Below, piece after piece: positions 25,838 to 32,082 of a stretch of 36,770 nucleotides of DNA. Each line of letters begins with the position of its first letter. Position 1 is the first letter of the stretch. The stretch is from a virus. The stretch is from the IMG/VR virus record IMGVR_UViG_3300009481_000003; one strand, 5' to 3'. A model generated the notes under the pieces. It searched no databases. It was not told where the DNA came from and saw nothing but the letters and a program-made list of their open reading frames with translations. The translations under genes were made by a program, and so were the position numbers.

Positions 25838-26530
25838 TTAAAAATCCAGGCTATCGATTGTTTTCAAGGTCACTCGCCCATAATCTCGCTTTTTGCTCTG
25901 CTCTCGTCTGCCCCATTGTCGACAAGCGGCTTTCCAATCCTTCATTTTTGTTTTTCCAACGTGCCAGCCGTTGGACTCGTAATGATCAAAAAACTTTCCT
26001 GGGTCAATCCCGATTCCCTGCTCGCGCAGATATATTTTTATTTCGCTGGGCGTTGGCTTTACAAAAATTTTTTCTTTTTTTTCGTCGTTTGTTTTTTTTT
26101 CTTTTTTTATATATTTTTTTCTTTTTTTTATTTTATATAAAGATTCGGGTACCCGTTTGGGTACTGGTGTCGTTTTGGGTACTGGTGTCGTTTTGGGTAC
26201 TGGTGTCGTTTTGGGTACTGGTGTCGTTTTGGGTACTGGTGCCGCGTCGTTTTTGGCACTGGTTTTTGCCTGATTCTCCTCGATAATTAATCTGTATTCA
26301 TTAACCTTTCCCGCTGTTTTTTTTATCTGTATTAACTCGCTTTGCTCAAGCTCAGTAAGCGATTTTATAACCGCTTTTTTGTTCATCAGGGTGATTTTTG
26401 CTATCGAATCGATTCCGGGGAAACAAACATTATTTTTATTTGCTCGGTCTGCTAGATGCAATAGCACTAACTTTGACGAGTGCTTTATCCCTATTTGCGA
26501 CCACGCCCAATTAGTTAAAAAATGGCTCAT
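25838..26530 (-). CDS. Replication initiator (lambda O-like: N-terminal winged-HTH, repeat linker, C-terminal domain)
   Basis: The N-terminal VLLHLADRANKNNVCFPGIDSIAKITLMNKKAVIKSLTELEQSELI is an HTH_36-type replication-protein motif. The central part is (PVPKTT)x4-5 followed by a Lys-rich stretch. Start is ATG 26530 or TTG 26548. Confidence 0.65.
   Translation of the reverse strand: MSHFLTNWAWSQIGIKHSSKLVLLHLADRANKNNVCFPGIDSIAKITLMNKKAVIKSLTELEQSELIQIKKTAGKVNEYRLIIEENQAKTSAKNDAAPVPKTTPVPKTTPVPKTTPVPKTTPVPKRVPESLYKIKKRKKYIKKEKKTNDEKKEKIFVKPTPSEIKIYLREQGIGIDPGKFFDHYESNGWHVGKTKMKDWKAACRQWGRREQSKKRDYGRVTLKTIDSLDF
26062..26142. promoter_or_regulatory. AT-rich (T-tract) segment adjacent to the iterons: candidate DNA-unwinding element of the origin
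   Basis: About 80 bp that is almost exclusively A/T with long T runs, immediately downstream of the iterons in the direction of O-gene transcription, the same order as in lambda ori. Confidence 0.5.
26146..26241. repeat. Iteron-like array: four perfect 18-bp repeats GGGTACTGGTGTCGTTTT (26159..26230) flanked by degenerate copies, including the palindrome CGGGTACCCG
   Basis: Read directly from the sequence. In frame inside the O-like gene. Confidence 0.9.
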
Positions 26531-26585
26531 TAATAGCCATTTATGCAATTTAATAATATGTTTATTATTGCTTTAATATACATAG

Positions 26586-26810
26586 CTATACCCCCTCAAA
26601 TTTTGCACATATCCTATTACGCCCTCCAGACCCGCCCCAGAATAATCTACCTCCGAGCTGTTCATAAGCTCTTTTTAGAGCCTTTTTAGATGGTTTTTTA
26701 GCTCTATAATCATTATATTTTTTACACTGCCCAATACCCGCACCATCCCCTATTTGATCAGGTATAAAGTGGGCACATAATACACACCTTATAGCCTTAG
26801 TTTTCTCCAT
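26586..26810 (-). CDS. Hypothetical Cys-rich (zinc-ribbon-like) protein
   Basis: 74 aa. CVLC...GQC...IC spacing. No family named. Confidence 0.5.
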   Translation of the reverse strand: MEKTKAIRCVLCAHFIPDQIGDGAGIGQCKKYNDYRAKKPSKKALKRAYEQLGGRLFWGGSGGRNRICAKFEGV

Positions 26811-26934
26811 TCAGGTACATTATAGTCCATATATATAGATACTTTATCCAATAATATATATATACTGTAATAGATACTAATATTAATATAACAAGCGTTA
26901 ATATATTTCTTAAATCAGAGATTTTATCACTCAT
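26797..26934 (-). CDS. Possible 45-aa single-TM protein, not in the ORF track
   Basis: MSDKISDLRNILTLVILILVSITVYIYYWIKYLYIWTIMYLNGEN fills the AT-rich gap. Its ATG lies 5 nt after the HTH gene stop, and it overlaps the next gene by 14 nt. An AT-rich region can give chance ORFs. Confidence 0.3.
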   Translation of the reverse strand: MSDKISDLRNILTLVILILVSITVYIYYWIKYLYIWTIMYLNGEN

Positions 26935-26938
26935 TGAT

Positions 26939-27145
26939 TTATTCCAAATTATAGTCGGTATCAAATACCCCGCGTTTTATAGCGAGCTCCCGTATCGAAT
27001 AGGCCCGCTCATAATATGTGCTCCTATGTCGCCCAGTCCTTAATCTGCTAACTATTGATTGTGACGCACCAATTTCTGCGCCAATTTCTGCATCTGTCAT
27101 AATCTCATTAAGACGTGTAAGTGTTTTTTGTATATTTATACTCAT
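26939..27145 (-). CDS. Small HTH regulator (Cro/CI-class) at the head of the leftward operon
   Basis: 68 aa from ATG 27145 (MSINIQKTLTRLNEIMTDAEIGAEIGASQSIVSRLRTG...). The longer track ORF (to 27274) would cover three promoters and is rejected. Confidence 0.6.
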   Translation of the reverse strand: MSINIQKTLTRLNEIMTDAEIGAEIGASQSIVSRLRTGRHRSTYYERAYSIRELAIKRGVFDTDYNLE

Positions 27146-27154
27146 GATCGAGCA

Positions 27155-27183
27155 AATATAATTCGCGAACGTATTTTTGTCAA
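27155..27183 (-). promoter_or_regulatory. Leftward promoter PL-like: TTGACA-N17-TATATT
   Basis: -35 at 27178..27183 and -10 at 27155..27160 (minus strand). The ATG at 27145 is only 9 nt from the -10, which implies a (near-)leaderless mRNA. Confidence 0.6.
27161..27174. promoter_or_regulatory. Operator-like palindrome ATTCG-CGAA-CGTAT in the PL spacer
   Basis: One mismatch from ATACG-N4-CGTAT. Contains the perfect 8-mer TTCGCGAA. Confidence 0.45.
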
Positions 27184-27192
27184 TGCTTTTGT

Positions 27193-27222
27193 TTGACATC
27201 AAAAATAATAAAAATATATATT
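27193..27222 (+). promoter_or_regulatory. Rightward promoter 1: TTGACA-N18-TATATT
   Basis: -35 at 27193..27198, -10 at 27217..27222. Back-to-back with the leftward promoter, 9 bp between the -35 boxes. Confidence 0.5.
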
Positions 27223-27249
27223 GACTCCAGATATACGTTTGCGTATATT
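27221..27249 (+). promoter_or_regulatory. Rightward promoter 2: TTGACT-N17-TATATT
   Basis: -35 at 27221..27226, -10 at 27244..27249. An operator-like palindrome sits in the spacer. Confidence 0.6.
27233..27246. promoter_or_regulatory. Operator-like palindrome ATACG-TTTG-CGTAT in the PR2 spacer / -10
   Basis: Perfect 5-bp arms (7-bp arms if extended: ATATACG/CGTATAT). Its centre is 72 bp from the PL site. Confidence 0.5.
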
Positions 27250-27278
27250 GTGAGCCACTAGAGCAATAAATCAACTAT

Positions 27279-27318
27279 AAAAATCATGAAAAAATCATGA
27301 AAAAATCATGAAAAAATC
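27279..27318 (+). repeat. 11-bp tandem repeat ATGAAAAAATC x3 creating two MKKS mini-ORFs chained to the real start
   Basis: ATGs at 27286, 27297 and 27308. The first two read ATG AAA AAA TCA TGA, and each TGA overlaps the next ATG. Confidence 0.85.
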
Positions 27319-27547
27319 AATAAACAAAAAAGTTAAAGAGCTAAAAAATGGCTTGTATAAAATAATTTGGAAAAATCAAGGCGGAGAGTCTTTGGCAGCA
27401 ATCGGCAGAACTCCGTCAGGAGACGTATGGATTGCGCCTACAAACTGGGTTTGCGGCGCTGGAACGACCGGACATTTTAAAGACATTGAAAAAGTAATAC
27501 TAATCAAAGACATTGAACAAGTAATTCTGATAGAACATAAAGACTAG
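27308..27547 (+). CDS. Hypothetical early protein (first rightward gene)
   Basis: 79 aa. The C-terminus contains the duplicated nonapeptide KDIEKVILI/KDIEQVILI. Confidence 0.5.
   Translation: MKKSINKKVKELKNGLYKIIWKNQGGESLAAIGRTPSGDVWIAPTNWVCGAGTTGHFKDIEKVILIKDIEQVILIEHKD
27479..27532 (+). repeat. In-frame 27-bp tandem duplication (23 of 27 identical)
   Basis: AAAGACATTGAAAAAGTAATACTAATC / AAAGACATTGAACAAGTAATTCTGATA. Confidence 0.8.
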
Positions 27548-27592
27548 ATTTAACTTTATAGGCAATAAAAATGACAGAATTTATTGATTGTA

Positions 27593-27784
27593 ATGGCAAC
27601 AGATAATAAAACAAAAACTGTATACGTAAATTTACATGTTGATGAAAAACCAACTTGGGTTAAAGCGTCCGTGACATGGGAAGATGAGCGCTCTATGCGT
27701 GTAACGCCAATAGATGGCGACCCACTGCACTCTATACACATAGATAAAATAAATGGAAAAGGCGACCTGTACAGAGATGCCTAA
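27593..27784 (+). CDS. Hypothetical early protein
   Basis: 63 aa from ATG 27593 (the track start 27584 is TTG). No clear SD. Confidence 0.4.
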   Translation: MATDNKTKTVYVNLHVDEKPTWVKASVTWEDERSMRVTPIDGDPLHSIHIDKINGKGDLYRDA

Positions 27785-27810
27785 CGACCATGCTAAGCGG
27801 TGCGTTTTTT
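27785..27810 (+). terminator. Possible weak intrinsic terminator
   Basis: CGACC-loop-GGT(G)CG followed by TTTTTT (27805..27810). The stem is short and bulged. Confidence 0.35.
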
Positions 27811-27876
27811 GCAGAGGTTGTGGAACCCCAAAACCCACATTAACTGTAACTATTTTACTCATTTGATGTAAATAGC

Positions 27877-27905
27877 TTGACTAACTAAAACTATTATAGT
27901 ATTAT
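27877..27905 (+). promoter_or_regulatory. sigma70-type promoter TTGACT-N17-TATTAT
   Basis: Read directly from the sequence, 50 nt upstream of the 27955 ATG (SD GAAGAGGA). Confidence 0.55.
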
Positions 27906-27954
27906 ACGCACATGGACTGAGGGAATAACCCCAAAGCCTGAAGAGGAACAGAAA

Positions 27955-28254
27955 ATGAAAACTGAATATAAAGCAACTTTCGTAACATTAACTAAAAATG
28001 TTGACGGTGATGAAAACTCTTATGAAGCTACTGTATCAGTAAATAACGAATTTGCTGTGCAATGTTCGGGAAATGAAGAGGAATCATTATTTTTAGGTAT
28101 AGCTCACCCATCTGAAAAATTTCATGAAGATAAAAGTAAGCAGTTATCAGCATATGAAAATTTAGATAGTGACGAAATTGAAAAATCGCTGGAAGAATGG
28201 GGTTTTGAAAATAATCTAGGATGGTTAGAAGATAACGCGGAAGTGGTTCTGTGA
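27955..28254 (+). CDS. Hypothetical strongly acidic early protein
   Basis: 99 aa, very rich in D/E, with a good SD. Confidence 0.6.
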   Translation: MKTEYKATFVTLTKNVDGDENSYEATVSVNNEFAVQCSGNEEESLFLGIAHPSEKFHEDKSKQLSAYENLDSDEIEKSLEEWGFENNLGWLEDNAEVVL

Positions 28255-28427
28255 AACCATCCGAAAAATGCAAAGCGGCAGGGCTGAAAAGCCTTGCTGA
28301 GCTTGCAGAAATTAGCGGTGCAAGCATACAAACTTTAAACAATTGGTTTAAGAATAAGCCGATTATTTTTGATTTAGTTTTACGCGGTGCGATCATGAAA
28401 AAACATTGTCAGTTGTTTGACTGCTAA
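28251..28427 (+). CDS. Small HTH protein with a lambda CII-like layout, not in the ORF track
   Basis: The GTG start overlaps the upstream stop (GTGA). 58 aa: VKPSEKCKAAGLKSLAELAEISGASIQTLNNWFKNKPIIFDLVLRGAIMKKHCQLFDC. Compare lambda CII GTEKTAEAVGVDKSQISRWKRDWIPKFSMLLAVLEWG. Confidence 0.45.
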   Translation: MKPSEKCKAAGLKSLAELAEISGASIQTLNNWFKNKPIIFDLVLRGAIMKKHCQLFDC

Positions 28428-28491
28428 CGATAAGCACCCAGGCGAACAAACCCCAAAATCAAGCTATTTTGTAATACAAAACGAGGCTGAA

Positions 28492-28644
28492 ATGAAAATA
28501 ACTCACAAATTAAGGCAAGATAACTCCCACGTTTATCTGTTTAAACAAAACAAAATCGTCTTTATATCCTCAGACAAAAACAAAGACATTGCTTTCAATC
28601 GCGGCTGGAATCTCATAATGCAATCGATAAAGAACAAAATTTAA
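28492..28644 (+). CDS. Hypothetical small basic protein
   Basis: 50 aa from ATG 28492, with GAGG 6 nt upstream. The track start 28417 is a TTG extension. Confidence 0.4.
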   Translation: MKITHKLRQDNSHVYLFKQNKIVFISSDKNKDIAFNRGWNLIMQSIKNKI

Positions 28645-28649
28645 TAATT

Positions 28650-28785
28650 CGTGGTCTGGTGAAGCTGGTCTATTGCCAAAGTCTACAAAGCCAGCAGTGA
28701 GCTACGGGGAGTTCGCGATACCTCCTTGTCCCTAGGGGGCTCACCGGTTGGCTCACGTCACGAGCCATTTGTTATGAGCCTGGAG
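28650..28785 (+). other. GC-rich, non-coding, highly self-complementary element upstream of bet (candidate structured RNA / leader)
   Basis: No ORF in any frame. Nested complementary segments include GCTGG/CCAGC, GTGAGC vs two GCTCAC copies, GGCTC-ACGTCAC-GAGCC and GGCTCA/TGAGCC. The SD GGAG (28782..28785) abuts the last helix. Confidence 0.4.
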
Positions 28786-28791
28786 TAAGTA

Positions 28792-29613
28792 ATGACCGTA
28801 TTTTTAGACACAGAAAAGGACACGCAAACCATGACTAATAAAACAGCAGTACAAAAAAAAGCCTCAGAAAACAACTTATTAGATAATTTAGCGAATAAAG
28901 CTAATCTCGATCCACAAATATTTAAGCAAACATTGATGGCTACAGTAATGCCCTCAAAAACCGTTGTAACAGACGAGCAATTCACTGCTTTTTTGATGGT
29001 TGCGAATAAATACAATTTAGATCCGATGACTAAAGAGATTTATGCATTTCCATCAAAAAAAGGCGGAATCCAGCCCATCGTGTCGATAGATGGATGGATA
29101 AAATTGATCAATACTAATCCAAATTACAATGGGATAGAGTATATAGACCATAAAAACCAAAATGATGAGCTAACTGCAATCACGTGCAAAATCCACCGAA
29201 AAGATCATGATTATGCGACAGAAATCACGGAATATTTGTCAGAATGTTCTCGATCAAACGAGACCTGGAAGCAATGGCCCGCGCGAATGTTAAGGCATAA
29301 AGCGACTATACAAGCCGCACGTTACGCTTTTGGATTTAGCGGCATATTAGATCTGGACGAGGCGCAGAGAGCACAAGCTGTAGACGAGCATCAAGATGCA
29401 AATATTTATGATGCGAGCGAATACAAGACGGTGCAGAAACCTCTATACCCAGAATCGAAATTTAAAGAAAATCAGACAGCCTGGAGAGAGTCATTTACAA
29501 AAGGAAAAACGGCTGAATCATTAATATTAGCGATCAACTCAAAATATCAGCTATCAGCGGATCAAGAAAAAGCAATACTTGAGCTTGAGACGACTAAAGA
29601 ATTAAACGCATAG
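28792..29613 (+). CDS. bet: Single-strand annealing recombinase, lambda Red-beta (Bet) homologue
   Basis: FLMVANKYNLDPMTKEIYAFPSKKGGIQPIVSIDGW...WPARMLRHKATIQAARYAFGFSGILDLDEA aligns closely with lambda Bet (LLIVANQYGLNPWTKEIYAFPDKQNGIVPVVGVDGW...HPKRMLRHKAMIQCARLAFGFAGIYDKDEA). Confidence 0.9.
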   Translation: MTVFLDTEKDTQTMTNKTAVQKKASENNLLDNLANKANLDPQIFKQTLMATVMPSKTVVTDEQFTAFLMVANKYNLDPMTKEIYAFPSKKGGIQPIVSIDGWIKLINTNPNYNGIEYIDHKNQNDELTAITCKIHRKDHDYATEITEYLSECSRSNETWKQWPARMLRHKATIQAARYAFGFSGILDLDEAQRAQAVDEHQDANIYDASEYKTVQKPLYPESKFKENQTAWRESFTKGKTAESLILAINSKYQLSADQEKAILELETTKELNA

Positions 29614-29623
29614 GACGCAGAAA

Positions 29624-31156
29624 ATGAACATAATAAAACTTGAAATAGGCGGCGCAGAATGGCTGAAAAAAAACAGCGCAAGTGAAGCCGCCGCAATGTT
29701 GGGTATCTCTAAATATACAACTCGATCCGAATTGCTTAGATATAAAGCAACTGGAATAAAAAAGGAAGTCTCTCCGGAAACACAAAAATTATTTGAGCGC
29801 GGGCATTTGGCTGAGAAAATGGCGCGGGCTTTAATAGAAGACTATATAAACGATGATTTATATGTCTATACGGGCGAAACAGAAGTAGACGGTTTAACGC
29901 TATCAGCGAGTTTTGATGGGATTACTGAGAAACAATTAATAATATTTGAGCACAAGCTTTTAAACAATGATCTGCGCATAGCTATGCAATCAGGATGCAT
30001 CCCCGCTGAATATCATCCCCAGCTCGAACAGCAATTAATAGTATCTGATGCTAACGAGGTACTTTTTGTAGCATCAAATTGTATAACTAGTCTCGATGAC
30101 GAGCATTACATTATACCTTACTCAAGCGACCCTGATCTAAGGAGCGATATTATTGCTGGGTGGAAACAATTTAATATCGATTTGAAAAAACTTAATGCCG
30201 ATTTTGAAAAAAATGGCTTACCAGAACCCGAAGAAATTATAGAAAAAAAACGGCCCAGAACACTTCCATTGCTGAGCATTGAGATATCGGGCCAGGTATC
30301 TAGTACAAATTTAGATACTTATAATAATCGACTTGTGGAGATACTGGATAATATTAACACAGAATTAAATACTGACGATGATTTTGCTCAAGCAGAAGCT
30401 GATATTAAATTTTGCAATGAGTCAAAAAAACAGTTAGATCATTGCAAAAATTTTGCACTAAGTCAGGTTGAGGACATCTTTCTTTTGTTTCAACAATGCG
30501 ATTTTTTGAAAAACATGATAACAGACAAGGGCACATTATTAACACGCCAGGTTAAAGCTAAAAAACAAGACATAAAAGAACGAATTATTTTTGACTCTAA
30601 CCTCTTATTTAAGAGGTACTTAGACGAAATAAAACGTGATTTAGATGGGCATCAAATAAAAATGAATTGTGACCCCATACAGATATTTTCGGACGCAATA
30701 AAAAACAAACGAAGCAGATCCACAATGCAAGCATCCGTTGATGCTGTATTAGCTAATTTAAAAATTACGGCATCATATAAATTCGATTCAGCAAAAATAA
30801 ACTTAGATTATTATAACGATAATGACTATCACAAAAATTATAAGTTTTTATTTGGAGACCTCACCGATTTATTAGCTTATGATCTTGATAATTTTAAATC
30901 AATACTACAATCACGCGTCAATTCACACCAAAAGCTCGTATCTGAAAATGAACAACAACAAGTTTATAAGCCACCAAAAAAAGAAAAAGTAATAGAAGAG
31001 TATATAACAATATCAAAAAGCCTATACAAACGTCTATGTGATATAGAAATAGAGTATAACGATATGATTAAGATGGGTCTTAAAAAATCCGATTTTTATG
31101 AAAATTATTGCGAAAAAATTATCAATATAACAAAACAAGAGGGAACATATTTATGA
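29624..31156 (+). CDS. YqaJ/lambda-Exo-family exonuclease domain fused to a ~300-aa Lys/Asn-rich C-terminal extension
   Basis: N-terminal SASEAAAMLGISKYTTRSELL...ERGHLAEKMA...SASFDGI...IFEHKLL...YHPQLEQQLIV fits the YqaJ PD-(D/E)XK motifs. I recognise nothing in the remaining ~300 aa. Confidence 0.7.
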   Translation: MNIIKLEIGGAEWLKKNSASEAAAMLGISKYTTRSELLRYKATGIKKEVSPETQKLFERGHLAEKMARALIEDYINDDLYVYTGETEVDGLTLSASFDGITEKQLIIFEHKLLNNDLRIAMQSGCIPAEYHPQLEQQLIVSDANEVLFVASNCITSLDDEHYIIPYSSDPDLRSDIIAGWKQFNIDLKKLNADFEKNGLPEPEEIIEKKRPRTLPLLSIEISGQVSSTNLDTYNNRLVEILDNINTELNTDDDFAQAEADIKFCNESKKQLDHCKNFALSQVEDIFLLFQQCDFLKNMITDKGTLLTRQVKAKKQDIKERIIFDSNLLFKRYLDEIKRDLDGHQIKMNCDPIQIFSDAIKNKRSRSTMQASVDAVLANLKITASYKFDSAKINLDYYNDNDYHKNYKFLFGDLTDLLAYDLDNFKSILQSRVNSHQKLVSENEQQQVYKPPKKEKVIEEYITISKSLYKRLCDIEIEYNDMIKMGLKKSDFYENYCEKIINITKQEGTYL

Positions 31157-31395
31157 TTAATAAAATAGAAGGAGTCGGCACTCAGTCACATTATGAGCAA
31201 TTAATAATACAGCCTATTGATTATATAGTAAGTAATAATCTAGGATATTTGGAAGGTAATATTATTAAATACATAAGTAGATACAAATTAAAAAATGGAA
31301 TTGAAGACTTAGAAAAAGCTAAACAATACATACAATGGTTAATTGATGTCGAAAAAACACGTGATGAACCAGACATTCATAAAAAGGAAACTTAA
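31153..31395 (+). CDS. DUF3310 protein
   Basis: SHYEQLIIQPIDYIVSNNLGYLEGNIIKYISRYKLKNGIEDLEKAKQYIQWLI is the DUF3310 signature. ATG 31153 forms an ATGA overlap with the upstream stop. Confidence 0.75.
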   Translation: MINKIEGVGTQSHYEQLIIQPIDYIVSNNLGYLEGNIIKYISRYKLKNGIEDLEKAKQYIQWLIDVEKTRDEPDIHKKET

Positions 31396-31397
31396 TT

Positions 31398-31847
31398 ATG
31401 AACGGCGTTAATAAGGCAATAATAGTCGGCGTCGTGGGCAGAGATCCGGAAGTTAGAGACATAGCAAACGGGGCGCTAGCTTGCAATATTAGTCTAGCAA
31501 CTAACGAGGCCTGGAAAGATAAAGCAACGGGCGAAAAAAAAGAGGCGACAGAATGGCATCGAGTCGTGTTTTATAACAAGCTCGCTGATATAGTTAACAA
31601 ATATGTCAGCAAGGGATCAAAATTGTACGTGGAAGGTAAATTAAAAACCCATAAATGGCAAGACAAAGAGGGCAACGACCGTTTCACAACGCAAATTATT
31701 GCTAATAATATGCAGCTTTTGGGCGACAAAAAACCTCAATCTGAAGCAGGCTGGGAACAATCTCAAAATGACTCGATAAAAACCGCCGACTCTACAAATA
31801 AAGCAAATACAACAACGGAGTATTTTGACGATGATATCCCTTTCTGA
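31398..31847 (+). CDS. ssb: Single-stranded DNA-binding protein
   Basis: MNGVNKAIIVGVVGRDPEVR...TEWHRVVFYNKLA... is an OB fold, and the protein has the canonical acidic tail DDDIPF. Confidence 0.9.
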   Translation: MNGVNKAIIVGVVGRDPEVRDIANGALACNISLATNEAWKDKATGEKKEATEWHRVVFYNKLADIVNKYVSKGSKLYVEGKLKTHKWQDKEGNDRFTTQIIANNMQLLGDKKPQSEAGWEQSQNDSIKTADSTNKANTTTEYFDDDIPF

Positions 31848-32082
31848 CAAAAAAAAATATGATTATCCTGAAGCGTGGCGAACAAGCGACGAAATCAAAT
31901 TTATTGATCAAATAGGTACAAAAGATAGAGAGTATCTAATACCTATGTCGAGACTTGAGGTATTAAGACTGTACAGACAAGCAATTAATCAACGTACAGA
32001 ATGGGACAATTTGAAGCGAAGCGAAATAAAAAGGTACGCATCAAAAGCAATTAAAGACGAGTTAGATATAACTTATGATTAA
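31831..32082 (+). CDS. Hypothetical protein
   Basis: 83 aa from ATG 31831. Contains an A9 run (31849..31857) encoding KKK. Confidence 0.45.
   Translation: MISLSDKKKYDYPEAWRTSDEIKFIDQIGTKDREYLIPMSRLEVLRLYRQAINQRTEWDNLKRSEIKRYASKAIKDELDITYD

Noticed and set aside
26146-26241. Possible CRISPR-like array
   Set aside because: The 18-bp units are contiguous with no spacers and lie in frame within a CDS. No cas genes are present.
25780-26286. 168-aa plus-strand ORF with repeated VLVSFW units
   Set aside because: It is the antisense reading of the iteron array and T-tracts inside the O-like gene. Its repetitiveness is a by-product of the DNA repeats.
27146-27274. Long N-terminal extension of the HTH gene (track ORF 26939..27274, 111 aa)
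   Set aside because: The extension would be encoded by the segment that carries three consensus-like promoters and both operator-like palindromes. No SD precedes ATG 27199 or the track start at 27274.
27556-27862. Minus-strand ORFs of 61 and 76 aa in the rightward early region
   Set aside because: They are antisense to a co-oriented plus-strand gene, terminator and promoter. They have no initiation signals.
28664-28702. Resemblance of GCCAAAG...ACAAAGCCAGC to the c-di-GMP-I (GEMM-I) riboswitch core
   Set aside because: Only a few nucleotides match. The two-hairpin tetraloop/receptor architecture cannot be drawn.
28704-28730. tRNA-like T-arm (GGGGAGTTCGCGATACCTCC), possibly a tRNA gene or attP core
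   Set aside because: The loop is too long for a T-loop. No acceptor, D or anticodon arms can be drawn, there is no CCA-proximal match, and no integrase is present to use an attP.
28028-29015. Minus-strand ORFs (122, 69 and 85 aa) opposite the acidic protein, the CII-like ORF and the start of bet
   Set aside because: They are shadow ORFs in AT-rich sequence, and each overlaps a plus-strand gene with SD and coupling signals.
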